Notes: generated from the letters alone by a model not told the origin. 64,000 bases of DNA from an uncultured bacterium (GCA_902790465.1 CADASF010000014.1:538-64537), one strand, 5' to 3'. Shown: positions 39,147-49,087, numbered from the stretch's first letter. A program made the numbers and translations.

Positions 39147-39449
39147 TTAACCGAGTGAAGAACCTTCTTTATCTGGAAAATCACAGTCTTCACATTCATT
39201 AAAACTTGCAAGAGGTCTTGCCTTATATGTATGAGTGCAGTTTATGAATATTTTTGCTCCATCTTCGAGGTTAAAACCAAAATCAATATGAGGACAGAAT
39301 CTATCTGGAACTTTATCCAAACAAAATTCGTATAAATCATCATACATACTTGGATGAGCATGCTGGAAATAGTGCTTTTCACATTGGAAAATTCCAAGCA
39401 AAGACTGTCTATAAACGCAAGGTCTATAATTAGAAGCAGGCATAGTCAA
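39147..39449 (-). CDS. Cys/His-rich small protein (100 aa), unknown family, immediately upstream of and co-oriented with the SCIFF gene
   Basis: MTMPASNYRPCVYRQ...FQCEKHYFQHAHP...FCLDKVPDRFCPHIDF...INCTHTY...NECEDCDF: 9 Cys and 5 His. No radical-SAM CxxxCxxC motif. Confidence 0.5.
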   Translation of the reverse strand: MTMPASNYRPCVYRQSLLGIFQCEKHYFQHAHPSMYDDLYEFCLDKVPDRFCPHIDFGFNLEDGAKIFINCTHTYKARPLASFNECEDCDFPDKEGSSLG

Positions 39450-39592
39450 TTCCTCCCATATTATATCTATCTATCCTGAAATTTTAATTCTACAGCTCAA
39501 AATTAGCCGAGAAGAAACATCAATTATTAATTATTCTATAAAAAAAACGCTTCCTTATAAAATACTTCCTTGACAAATAATTTTCCTTTTTC

Positions 39593-40147
39593 TTAAAAAA
39601 TATTATTTGAAAAATCTGATTGAAATACATAAGGGATATTTCTAAAATTACTATCAATATCAAGACCATATCCTGCAAGACCTGTTTCCAAAGAAATTAG
39701 ACCAAAATAATCAATAGTAACATCAACAAGTCTTGAAGCTCTTGAATCTATCAAAACACATGTTTTCAATACTGCAGGCTTCAATGCTTTTAAATGCTTT
39801 ATTGCAAAATCAAGCGTCAATCCCGTTTCTACTATAGTATCAACTAAAAGCACATTTTTATTTTCTATAGTTTCAGAAATATCTCTCAAAATCTTTATTG
39901 AAGAACTCATGTTATCAGGTGTTCCATAAGATGAAATAGAAATAAAATCTGCAAAAACAGGAGATTCTATTTCTCTTACTAAATCAGAAACAAAAAAAGC
40001 AGAAGAATTTAAAAGTCCTATCAAAACAATCTCAGAATTTTTAAAATCTTCTGAAATTTTAGAAGCAAGTTCTCTGACACAAATTTTTATAATCTCTGAA
40101 GAATAAAGTGGTACAATTTCTCTATTATTGCTCATTTTCAAATTCAT
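39593..40147 (-). CDS. hpt: Hypoxanthine phosphoribosyltransferase
   Basis: PRPP-binding motif VLLVDTIVETGLTL; size and architecture typical of Hpt. Confidence 0.8.
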   Translation of the reverse strand: MNLKMSNNREIVPLYSSEIIKICVRELASKISEDFKNSEIVLIGLLNSSAFFVSDLVREIESPVFADFISISSYGTPDNMSSSIKILRDISETIENKNVLLVDTIVETGLTLDFAIKHLKALKPAVLKTCVLIDSRASRLVDVTIDYFGLISLETGLAGYGLDIDSNFRNIPYVFQSDFSNNIF

Positions 40148-41240
40148 CTATATCTTCATTTTCTATGATTTTTTCTTCTTTTGTTTCTTTTGTTTCTTTT
40201 GGTTCTTTTTCTTCTTTTGGTTCTTTATCTTCTTTTAGTTCTTTTGTTTCTTTTGGTTCTTTTGTTTCTTTTGGTTCTTCAGAATAATTCTTCAAATTAT
40301 TTTCTTCTATTGGATTATTCTTTTCAGATATGTTCAAAACAATACTATCATCAGATATCGAAACATCAATAGTATTATAATTCATAATTTCTGGAATAAC
40401 TCTTCTCAAATTTACCAAACAATAATTTTTATATGTTTTTACAAAGTCATATTTCAAATTATTCTTTATAGCTTCCATGACTATATTTTGAATTATAAAT
40501 TCAGGAACATTCAAAGATTTAAGCAAATGTATTTTTGCTATCTCTATTTTTACTACACTTTTCTTTGAATCAACAGAAAACTCAACACTAAATGGAATAG
40601 TAAAAATACTCTTCTTGAAATCACCTTTAAGTATGATTTTACCTGAAGAAAGAATAACTTTTATATTAAAAACTCCATTTTTCTCTAAATCATATTTTAG
40701 AGATTTAAGAACATGGTCAATTAATTCCTGATAAATACATAATGTTAATTCTTTTAAATATATAGAAGAAATAGTAAGATTTTTATTTTCTGCCTTATCA
40801 AAGAAAACCCTCAAAGATACATTTTCTACAGATATATCGAAATTATCTATATTTTTAAGTTCAACTTGTTCTATATTCGAATCAATTACAAGTTCTTCAG
40901 TATCATTTGCAAAAATAAAATCAGCATTTTCCAATTTTACATTTTTAAGATAATCTAAAATCTCGGCTAATTTTTTATCTTTGTTTATCAAAGCAGATAT
41001 TGAAAAATTCAAATCTACTCTTTCCTCTTCACCGTCATCTTGTATATCTATAAAAACAGAATCTGCATTTTTAAATTTTACTGTTTTAATAATTTTTAAA
41101 ACTGTAGCTAACTTTTCATCTTTTTTTATCAAAGCAGACAACAAAATATCTAAATCAATTATTTCCTCTTCACCATGATTCTGTAAAGCTACATTTGCAT
41201 TCGAAATTAAAACTCCATCAATTAAAGAAATAAAATCCAT
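40125..41240 (-). CDS. Hypothetical protein with an internal ~40-aa duplication and a C-terminal (E/K)PKETKE-type charged repeat plus acidic tail; overlaps hpt by 23 nt
   Basis: DNA tandem repeats at 40165-40275 (ttcttttggttctttt...) encode KEPKETKEPKETKELKEDKEPKEEKEPKETKETKEEK; the N-terminal repeats read IDLDILLSALIKKDEKLA... / VDLNFSISALINKDKKLA.... Confidence 0.5.
   Translation of the reverse strand: MDFISLIDGVLISNANVALQNHGEEEIIDLDILLSALIKKDEKLATVLKIIKTVKFKNADSVFIDIQDDGEEERVDLNFSISALINKDKKLAEILDYLKNVKLENADFIFANDTEELVIDSNIEQVELKNIDNFDISVENVSLRVFFDKAENKNLTISSIYLKELTLCIYQELIDHVLKSLKYDLEKNGVFNIKVILSSGKIILKGDFKKSIFTIPFSVEFSVDSKKSVVKIEIAKIHLLKSLNVPEFIIQNIVMEAIKNNLKYDFVKTYKNYCLVNLRRVIPEIMNYNTIDVSISDDSIVLNISEKNNPIEENNLKNYSEEPKETKEPKETKELKEDKEPKEEKEPKETKETKEEKIIENEDIDEFENEQ
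40165..40275. repeat. Tandem 15-18 bp coding repeats (KE-rich tract)
   Basis: Seen directly as repeated ttcttttggttctttt(g/a)t units. Confidence 0.7.
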
Positions 41241-41383
41241 TGACCTAAAATCCTTAAAAAAAATATTTCTTAAACTTTTTTCTTTTTTATATACATTCTT
41301 TCCTTTTTATCAAAAATTATTATAACAAAAAAAAATAAAAAAAAAGTCAAAAAAATTTTAACATTCATGAAGGAAAAAATATA

Positions 41384-41412
41384 TTGACAAGCAAAAAACA
41401 AGATAGTAAAAT
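41384..41412 (+). promoter_or_regulatory. Sigma-70-like promoter upstream of the dcw cluster (TTGACA-17 nt-TAAAAT)
   Basis: Seen directly; ~95 nt upstream of the rsmH start. Confidence 0.4.
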
Positions 41413-41504
41413 TTTAGTAATAACATGACTTTAACAGAAAATCATTAGAATATATTTTCGAAAAAGTGGAAAATACTCTTAAAGCCACATAGTAATAAAA
41501 CATA

Positions 41505-42446
41505 ATGTTAGAAGAATACCATATTCCAGTTATGCTGGAAGAAACAATAAACTTTCTTGAGCCATGGCGTGGCGGAACTTATATTGACTGCACCTTAGGA
41601 GGTGGAGGTCATTCAGAAGGATTATTAAAAAAAATAAATGGCAATGGAAATGTAATAGGTATAGATAGAGACTTAGAAGCAATTGAAAATGCTTCTTGTA
41701 AATTGAAAAATTTTCGAAATTTCCATGCTGTAAAAGGAGCATTTGGGGATATCGAAAATATAATAAATTCTCTTGATATAAAAAATCTAAATGGCTGTAT
41801 TTTTGATTTAGGTGTTTCATCTCATCAACTTGATGAGGCAAAAAGGGGCTTTAGCTTCCGCTCAGAAGCTGAACTTGACATGAGGATGGACAATGAAAGT
41901 TCAATAACAGCTTATGACATAGTAAACAAAAGTACAGAACAAGAATTAAAAAAAATATTTTGGGAATACGGAGAAGAAAGACATTCAGGGAGAATAGCTC
42001 GGACAATAGTCAATGAAAGACAAAAAGAGCCAATAAGGACAACTCTTCAACTTTCTTCTATAATAGAAAGGTGTATTCCAACAAACAAAAATTTAAGGCA
42101 TTATATACACCCAGCTACTCGAGTGTTCATGGCTCTTAGAATTGCCGTAAATGATGAGTTAGGACAACTCTCAAGAGGCTTAGAAGGGATTCTAAGAAAA
42201 ATGAGCATAAATGGTGTTGTTGTTGTTATCTCTTATCATTCGTTGGAAGATAGAATTGTAAAAAACATATTTAGAGATTTAACTTCCGATCCTGATATAA
42301 GAGAAAAATATAAAAAAGATGATATTCTGAGTAAGAGATTGGTTAGAAGGCTGACAAAAAAAGTTCTCCTTCCTTCTGAAGAAGAACAAATTAAAAATCC
42401 TCGTGCCCGCTCGGCAAAAATGAGGGCTATTTCTGTCATATCTTAG
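41505..42446 (+). CDS. rsmH: 16S rRNA (cytosine1402-N4)-methyltransferase RsmH (MraW)
   Basis: HIPVMLEE...GGTYIDCTLGGGGHS...DLGVSSHQLD motifs. Confidence 0.9.
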   Translation: MLEEYHIPVMLEETINFLEPWRGGTYIDCTLGGGGHSEGLLKKINGNGNVIGIDRDLEAIENASCKLKNFRNFHAVKGAFGDIENIINSLDIKNLNGCIFDLGVSSHQLDEAKRGFSFRSEAELDMRMDNESSITAYDIVNKSTEQELKKIFWEYGEERHSGRIARTIVNERQKEPIRTTLQLSSIIERCIPTNKNLRHYIHPATRVFMALRIAVNDELGQLSRGLEGILRKMSINGVVVVISYHSLEDRIVKNIFRDLTSDPDIREKYKKDDILSKRLVRRLTKKVLLPSEEEQIKNPRARSAKMRAISVIS

Positions 42447-42502
42447 GTAATTAATTTTTAGCATGGAATATAAGAAATCAGAGAATTTGGAGGGTCTATT
42501 TC

Positions 42503-42940
42503 TTGAAACTTATAGAAATGACAAAAGACAGAAAAATGGATAAGAAACCTGTATTTAAAGCAACAGCAAATAAAACAGAAGATGTTGTTGTTGTGTCTCG
42601 TTATGCTGTTATTTTAACATCGTTTACAATACTATTGATAACATTGATGTCAATATTTTATGTTGGTATCTGTGCTCAAAATGTAAAATCACAATATAAT
42701 CTTTCAAGACTTAAAGAACAGAAAGCAAATCTTGAAAAAACAAAACTTGCCCTAAAACTTGAAGTCAGTAGATTAAATTCTCTTGAGCGTATTGAAACGA
42801 TTGCAAGAAAAGAATTAGGAATGGCACACCCTCCAAACCGTCTTGTTATTGATATGAGAAATCCTTCTGTTTTGAGAGCATCAATAGAAGATGTTGTCGC
42901 TATAGAATCATATTATGATGAAGAATTGACATCGAATTAA
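42503..42940 (+). CDS. ftsL: Cell division protein FtsL-like (single TM + coiled coil)
   Basis: Position between rsmH and ftsI; TM segment AVILTSFTILLITLMSIFYV; coiled coil; ERIETIARKELGM motif. Confidence 0.6.
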   Translation: MKLIEMTKDRKMDKKPVFKATANKTEDVVVVSRYAVILTSFTILLITLMSIFYVGICAQNVKSQYNLSRLKEQKANLEKTKLALKLEVSRLNSLERIETIARKELGMAHPPNRLVIDMRNPSVLRASIEDVVAIESYYDEELTSN

Positions 42941-43056
42941 TTTTTATATAGATTATTAAATTTGGGCTATCCATTGATAAATTTATCATTGGATAGCTTA
43001 TTATATTGTTAAGTACAGAAATAATTTCCTTGATATTTACCTAAAGAGGATTTGAT

Positions 43057-44805
43057 ATGATAGGCTGGAAAAACCAAGTAAGAGATAGGCTAATTGTTGT
43101 ATTTTATGTAGTAATACTTCTATTTTTAATTATTGGTTATAGATTGATAAGTCTTCAAATTTTTCAACACGATTTATATAAATCAAAAGCTGAATCACAA
43201 CACAAGGGAACAATAACAATTCCTGCTCTCCGTGGCTCCATAATGGACAGAAAATATGTAGTATTGGCAAACAGTTTAGCACTTACTTCAATAACTGCAG
43301 ACCCAACTTTAATAAAAGATAGACATAAGACAGCAGTATTACTGTCTCAAATTTTAGGAGATTCAGAAGAAGTTTTAGAGAGTAAATTAAGTGCAGCAAC
43401 AAGATTTGTTTGGATAGCAAGAAAACTTGATGATGATAAAGTCAAAAAAATAATGAAACTCGAACTTCCAGGAATCTTTACGATGAAAGAGACAACTGGA
43501 AAGCGTTTTTATCCAAAGGGTGAATTGGCTTCACATATTTTAGGTTGTACAGGAATCGACGATCAGGGACTTGATGGAATAGAAGCTGTTATGGATAGTT
43601 ACTTAAAAGGAAAACCAGGTAAGATGACAGCTGAAATGGATCTTGTTGGAAGATTAATTCCTGGTGGAATTTCATCTTTAGTTAATGCAACAAGTGGATA
43701 TAATGTGGTTTTAACAATAGATGAGAGCATACAATATATAGTTGAAACAGCTCTTGAAAAAGCTGTAAAAGCATATGGAGCCGATACAGGCTCTGTGTTG
43801 GTCATGGATGCCAAAACAGGAGAAATACTTGCACTTGCAAACAAACCAGACTATAAATCAAAAGATCCAAAATCCCCTGATTATATGCAGTTAACAAGAA
43901 ATAGTATTGTAACAGATGCCTATGAACCTGGTTCTACATTTAAAGTAGTATTGGCAGCTGCAGCACTTGACAGCGGTAAAGTTGGCATGAATGATCAAAT
44001 ACAATGTGGAGATACAATACAAGCAGGTGGTTGGACTCTTCACAATGCAAATGATGGTTTTGGAGGAAATGCAACTGAGACAATAACAGATATAATAGCA
44101 TATTCATTTAATACAGGTTCTGTGGCCATGGGTCTTAGAATGGGTTCAAAAATATTTTATGATTATATCGTCAAATTTGGTTTTGGAGATATAACAGGAA
44201 TTGAACTTCCTGGTGAAACAGAAGGAATTTTACCTCCTCTTAAAGATTGGTCTGAAATCAACTTGGCAACAATTTCATTTGGTCAAGGAATTGCTGTAAC
44301 TCCACTTCAAATAGTTTCAGCAGTACAGGGATCGATAAATAATGGAGAACAAATGCAACCAAGGATTATAAGACAAATTCTCGATTCAGAAGGAAATATA
44401 GTAAAAGATTTTAAGCCTGAAATTAAATCAAGACCTATAAGTAAAGAGACATCATATAAAATAAATATGATATTGAGAAATGTAGTTGAAAGCGGAACAG
44501 GTAAAAAAGCTCGAATACCTGGATATTTAGTAGGTGGAAAATCAGGAACTGCAAATGTAGTTGAGAATGGAATGTATGCAAAAGGAAAATATATAGCTTC
44601 ATTTGTAGGTTTTGCACCAGCCGAAGATCCAAAATTTGTCATGCTTGTAAAAATAAAAAATCCAAAAGGTACAATTTGGGGCGGTACTGTTTCAGGTCCA
44701 ATATTCTCAGAAATAGGAAGAGAAATATTATGGAGATTGGGGATTCCACCAAGTTTTCCAAATGAAGTAAATCAAATGGGAGCAGACCCCAGTAAAAATA
44801 ATTAA
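43057..44805 (+). CDS. ftsI: Penicillin-binding protein, class B transpeptidase (FtsI/PBP2B-like)
   Basis: N-terminal TM and dimerisation domain; STFK active-site Ser; SxN and KSGT motifs. Confidence 0.85.
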   Translation: MIGWKNQVRDRLIVVFYVVILLFLIIGYRLISLQIFQHDLYKSKAESQHKGTITIPALRGSIMDRKYVVLANSLALTSITADPTLIKDRHKTAVLLSQILGDSEEVLESKLSAATRFVWIARKLDDDKVKKIMKLELPGIFTMKETTGKRFYPKGELASHILGCTGIDDQGLDGIEAVMDSYLKGKPGKMTAEMDLVGRLIPGGISSLVNATSGYNVVLTIDESIQYIVETALEKAVKAYGADTGSVLVMDAKTGEILALANKPDYKSKDPKSPDYMQLTRNSIVTDAYEPGSTFKVVLAAAALDSGKVGMNDQIQCGDTIQAGGWTLHNANDGFGGNATETITDIIAYSFNTGSVAMGLRMGSKIFYDYIVKFGFGDITGIELPGETEGILPPLKDWSEINLATISFGQGIAVTPLQIVSAVQGSINNGEQMQPRIIRQILDSEGNIVKDFKPEIKSRPISKETSYKINMILRNVVESGTGKKARIPGYLVGGKSGTANVVENGMYAKGKYIASFVGFAPAEDPKFVMLVKIKNPKGTIWGGTVSGPIFSEIGREILWRLGIPPSFPNEVNQMGADPSKNN

Positions 44806-44823
44806 AAGGAAATTTTCTACTAC

Positions 44824-45013
44824 GCAACTTTTGTACGGTACAAATAGGAGATGTGGAAATCAATTTTTTTAATTCATAATAATTTTCAAAAATACTATTT
44901 TTTTATTTTGTATCGTATTTTTGAAAATTATTTAACTGCAAAATTAATAACAAAAATTGATTTCCTTGAGGGGAAAAAATAAAAATTGTTATCTTGTACC
45001 GTACAAAAGTTGC
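44824..45013. mobile_element. MITE-like 190-bp element with nested terminal inverted repeats, inserted in the ftsI-murE intergenic spacer
   Basis: Perfect 20-nt outer IRs gcaacttttgtacggtacaa (44824-44843) and ttgtaccgtacaaaagttgc (44994-45013). Inner IRs ggaaatcaattttt (44855-44868) and aaaaattgatttcc (44952-44965) belong to the same 'acggaaatcaatttttgtta' module seen at 4370 and 27991. Confidence 0.55.
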
Positions 45014-45069
45014 TAATTGAGAGTTTAGCTATATATTATAAAAGTAAATAATTAAATAGTGGTAAGATC

Positions 45070-46512
45070 ATGAAAATAAAAGAAATTATAGACAAAATAA
45101 ATGGTTCAATAATAAATATTGATGAAAATACAGAAATAGACAATGTTACATGTGATTCAAGAGAAGCAAACGAAAAATCATTATTTTTCTGCATAAAAGG
45201 CTTCAAAACAGATGGTCATAAATTCATAAAAGATGTCTTAGAAAAAGGTTGCAAATCCTTCTGCATATCTGAAGATATACAATTTGAAGATGGTATAAAT
45301 GTAATAAAGACAGATGATCCAAGAAAAGCATATGCAGAAGCCTCTATTGTAATTTACAATCACCCTGCTGAAAAAATGAGAATGATAGGTGTAACAGGTA
45401 CAAATGGTAAAACAACATCTACATTTATGATAAGTCATATATTGAATTCCCTAAAAAGTCCAACAGGTCTTATGGGAACTCTATATACAAAATTTGCAGA
45501 CAAACAGATAACATCTTCTGTAACAACACCTGATGCAAAAACACTTCAACACAACCTTTCTGAAATGGTAAAAGCAGGAATGAAAAATGCTGTTTTTGAA
45601 GTCTCATCTCATGCTCTAAGTTTAGATAGAGTACATGGAATAAAATTTGATGTCGCTGTTTTTACAAATTTGACAAGAGACCATCTCGATTTCCACAAAA
45701 ATTTTGATGAATATTTTGAGGCAAAATTAAAATTATTCCAAAATCTAAAAAAAGAAACTGGTATTGCTGTAATAAATACAGATGACGAATATGGGATCAA
45801 AATTCCAAAATTGATAGATTCAAAATGTATAACTTATGGAATCCAAACTGGAGATATAAGAGCTTTTGAACCTAAAGTTGGACAAAAAGGTATTTCTTAC
45901 ACACTCATAAGTGGCGATAAAAAAATTGAAGTAAATCTTCAAATATCAGGATTCTTCAATGTATATAATTCACTTGCCTCTATATGTGCTTGCAAAGCCT
46001 TGGGAATAAGTGAAGAGGAATCCTGCAAAGCCCTTGAATCTTTTACTGGTGTAAAAGGTCGTTTTGAACTCGTAAAAACAGAAAAAGATTTTGTGGCAAT
46101 AGTTGACTATGCACATACTCCTGATGGTTTGGAAAATGTACTAAAAACAGCAAAAGCAATAAGCCACAACAGAGTAATTGCTGTCTTTGGTTGTGGTGGA
46201 GACAGAGATAAAACAAAGAGACCTATAATGGGAAAAATTGCCTCTGATCTATCAGATATAACTATAATAACATCTGACAATCCAAGAACAGAAAACCCAG
46301 ATTCAATCATAGAAGATATAGAAAAAGGAGTGCCTGAAGGCAAAAAATATCACAAAGAAGTTGACAGGGAAAAAGCGATTAAATTGGCAACAGAAATGGC
46401 GACTTCTGGTGATGTGATTGTAGTAGCAGGAAAAGGGCATGAAAATTATCAAATATTTAAGGATAAGACAATCCATTTTGATGATACAGAAATTTTGAAT
46501 AAATATCTGTAA
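45070..46512 (+). CDS. murE: UDP-N-acetylmuramoyl-L-alanyl-D-glutamate--2,6-diaminopimelate ligase
   Basis: Mur ligase GVTGTNGKTT P-loop; the DNPR motif (SDNPRTENP) indicates meso-DAP specificity. Confidence 0.9.
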   Translation: MKIKEIIDKINGSIINIDENTEIDNVTCDSREANEKSLFFCIKGFKTDGHKFIKDVLEKGCKSFCISEDIQFEDGINVIKTDDPRKAYAEASIVIYNHPAEKMRMIGVTGTNGKTTSTFMISHILNSLKSPTGLMGTLYTKFADKQITSSVTTPDAKTLQHNLSEMVKAGMKNAVFEVSSHALSLDRVHGIKFDVAVFTNLTRDHLDFHKNFDEYFEAKLKLFQNLKKETGIAVINTDDEYGIKIPKLIDSKCITYGIQTGDIRAFEPKVGQKGISYTLISGDKKIEVNLQISGFFNVYNSLASICACKALGISEEESCKALESFTGVKGRFELVKTEKDFVAIVDYAHTPDGLENVLKTAKAISHNRVIAVFGCGGDRDKTKRPIMGKIASDLSDITIITSDNPRTENPDSIIEDIEKGVPEGKKYHKEVDREKAIKLATEMATSGDVIVVAGKGHENYQIFKDKTIHFDDTEILNKYL

Positions 46513-46578
46513 GAAAATATATATAACAAACTGCCGACTTATAAGATTTTGAACAAAAAAAATATTTGATAAATTTTC

Positions 46579-47964
46579 ATGATAGGAAAAGAGGACATGA
46601 TACCAATCAAATTAAGTGAAATATTTTCAATTTTTGACAAAAAAATGACTATTGAAGATGTCGATGTAAAAAATATATCTACAGATTCAAGAACAATAGG
46701 AACAGATGATCTATTTGTTCCTATTGTTGGCGAAAATTTTGACGGTCATAAATTCATAGAAAAAGCTCTTACGAGTGGAGCAAGTGCATCTCTATGTAAT
46801 ATTGATCAAGTAGAAAAATACAGCCAATTTTCAGAAAAAATAATACCTGTAGAAAATACATTAGACGCACTTTTAAAAATTGCTGGACACTACAGAAAAC
46901 AATTCAATTTTCCAATAACAGCAATCACAGGAAGCAATGGAAAGACAACTGTAAAAGATATTTTGGTTCACCTATTATCTGCTAAATATAAAACAAATGG
47001 AACTTTTGAAAATTTTAACAATGAAATAGGAGTTCCCAAAACTGTTTTTTCATGTGATTCAAATACGGAATTTCTCGTTGTAGAAATGGGAATGAGAGGA
47101 AAAGGACAGATAAGAAAACTTGTTTCTGAAGTGAAACCGACATCTGCAGTCATAAGCATGATTGGAGAAGCACATTTTGAACTTCTCGGTTCAAGAAAAA
47201 ATATAGCTGAAGCAAAGGCAGAAATAACAGAACAACTTCCAAAATCAGGATTTGTTGTCATGAATGGAGATGACGATTTTGCCGATTTAATCGAAGAAAA
47301 ATCCTCAGCTCCAGTTTATTTTTTTGGAAAATCAGATAGATGTATGCTCAAAATTTTGTCATGCTCTCAAAAAGAAGATGGAATTGATGTAGAAGCAAAA
47401 TATAAAGACAAAAAAATAAATTATTTTGTTCCTCTTCTCGGAATACACAATGTATATAATGCAAGTGGAGCATTACTATCAGCTTTATTAAGTGGTGTAG
47501 AATTGGAAAAAGCTATTGAACAATTAAAAACTGTAAAAATATCAGGAAGCAGAATAGAGATAATAAAAACAGATAAATATACAATTCTAAATGATTGTTA
47601 TAATTCAAGCCCTTCTTCTGCTAAAGCTGGAGTTGCAATATTGTCTTCACAACATGCAAACCATAGAACAGCAATAATAGGAGATATGGGAGAATTAGGA
47701 GACATATCAGAAAGTTCTCACTATGAACTCGGTCAAAAAATAGGAGAAGCAAAAATAGACCTATTGCTTGTAGCTGGTAAATTTGCAAATTTAGTAATTG
47801 AAGGAGCATTGAGTGCAGGAATGGACAAAAATTCTTGCATATCTTTTGAAAAAACAGAAAATTTTGAGAAAGTTATGGATAAAATACCATTAAAAAGCAC
47901 TGTTCTTGTAAAGGCTTCACATGCAATGCACTTTGAAAATATAACAAAATGTTTAAGTAAGTAA
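46579..47964 (+). CDS. murF: UDP-N-acetylmuramoyl-tripeptide--D-alanyl-D-alanine ligase
   Basis: Mur ligase family, ITGSNGKTT P-loop; gene order. Confidence 0.85.
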   Translation: MIGKEDMIPIKLSEIFSIFDKKMTIEDVDVKNISTDSRTIGTDDLFVPIVGENFDGHKFIEKALTSGASASLCNIDQVEKYSQFSEKIIPVENTLDALLKIAGHYRKQFNFPITAITGSNGKTTVKDILVHLLSAKYKTNGTFENFNNEIGVPKTVFSCDSNTEFLVVEMGMRGKGQIRKLVSEVKPTSAVISMIGEAHFELLGSRKNIAEAKAEITEQLPKSGFVVMNGDDDFADLIEEKSSAPVYFFGKSDRCMLKILSCSQKEDGIDVEAKYKDKKINYFVPLLGIHNVYNASGALLSALLSGVELEKAIEQLKTVKISGSRIEIIKTDKYTILNDCYNSSPSSAKAGVAILSSQHANHRTAIIGDMGELGDISESSHYELGQKIGEAKIDLLLVAGKFANLVIEGALSAGMDKNSCISFEKTENFEKVMDKIPLKSTVLVKASHAMHFENITKCLSK

Positions 47965-47984
47965 CAACTATAAAGGAAGTAAAA

Positions 47985-49022
47985 ATGGATTTTTCAGTAA
48001 TACCAGACTATTTTAGATTTGTAGCACCTTTGTTGGGAATAAGTTTTATCATAAGTATGATAATATTTCCATTTTACATAAAGGCATTAAAAAAATTACA
48101 ATGGGGACAACAGATAAGAGAGGAAGGACCAGAAGACCACCTATCTAAAAAAGGAACTCCTACAATGGGAGGACTTGCAATAATTGTAGTTTTTGTCCTG
48201 ACTTCATTATGCCTTCCCTTCATTCCATCTACTTATGATGGTAAACCATTGCACTTAACCCCTGACTACTTTGTATTTGCTGGAATAATACTTGTAAATG
48301 CAGGCTTGGGATTTGTAGATGACTTTTTAAAAATCAAAAAAAGTAAATCATTAGGGCTTCGTGCAAGAGACAAAATGGCAGTTCATCTAATACTGGCTAT
48401 TGCTACAGCATATTACATGATCAATTTTACAGAAATAGGTAGTAAAATATTTATTCCATTTTTAGGACATTCTATAGAATTTGGTTGGTGGCTATATCCA
48501 TTTTTTATGCTTGTTTTACCAGGTTGTGTAAATGCTGTGAATTTGACAGATGGTCTAGATGGACTTGCAGGTATAAATATAATAATATCTCTTTGTGCAT
48601 TCAGTCTCATACTTCTTGTAATGGGAAGAATAGATATGGTTACAGGTGGAATAATAATAGCAGGTGCTTTAATGGCATTTCTCTGGTTTAACTGTTATCC
48701 TGCAAAAATATTTATGGGTGATACAGGTTCACTTGCTCTTGGTGGTGCTATAGCAGGAATGGCAATTTTAACAGGAACAGAATTAATTCTCTGCATAATT
48801 GGTGGAATTTATGTATGCGAAGCACTTTCAGTTATGATTCAAGTAACATATTTTAAAATTACCAAAAAACAGGATGGCGTAGGTAAGAGAATATTTAGAA
48901 TGACACCTATTCATCACCATTTTGAAAAAGGTGGAATGCATGAAGTACAGGTTACAATTCGTTTTGCTATAACAAGTTTTATGTTTGCAGTTTTAGGACT
49001 TTATGCATATTTTGGTTTTTAG
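47985..49022 (+). CDS. mraY: Phospho-N-acetylmuramoyl-pentapeptide transferase
   Basis: Polytopic protein; NLTDGLDGLA and HHHFE motifs. Confidence 0.9.
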   Translation: MDFSVIPDYFRFVAPLLGISFIISMIIFPFYIKALKKLQWGQQIREEGPEDHLSKKGTPTMGGLAIIVVFVLTSLCLPFIPSTYDGKPLHLTPDYFVFAGIILVNAGLGFVDDFLKIKKSKSLGLRARDKMAVHLILAIATAYYMINFTEIGSKIFIPFLGHSIEFGWWLYPFFMLVLPGCVNAVNLTDGLDGLAGINIIISLCAFSLILLVMGRIDMVTGGIIIAGALMAFLWFNCYPAKIFMGDTGSLALGGAIAGMAILTGTELILCIIGGIYVCEALSVMIQVTYFKITKKQDGVGKRIFRMTPIHHHFEKGGMHEVQVTIRFAITSFMFAVLGLYAYFGF

Positions 49023-49087
49023 CTTATCTCTTTAGAGAGTTGTATTTTTGAAAAATGATTACAAATAGGTGTTTGGGGACGAGAGAA

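Noticed and set aside
38969-39211. Track ORFs 38969..39202 (+) and 38981..39211 (-)
   Set aside because: Both are in the wrong frames. The real gene here is the 55-aa SCIFF precursor on the minus strand in another frame, with RBS and terminator; these ORFs are shadow ORFs spanning it and the intergenic region.
39147-39449. Cys-rich 100-aa protein as the SCIFF radical-SAM maturase
   Set aside because: It is far too small (radical-SAM/SPASM maturases are ~450 aa) and lacks a CxxxCxxC motif. It is kept as an unknown partner instead.
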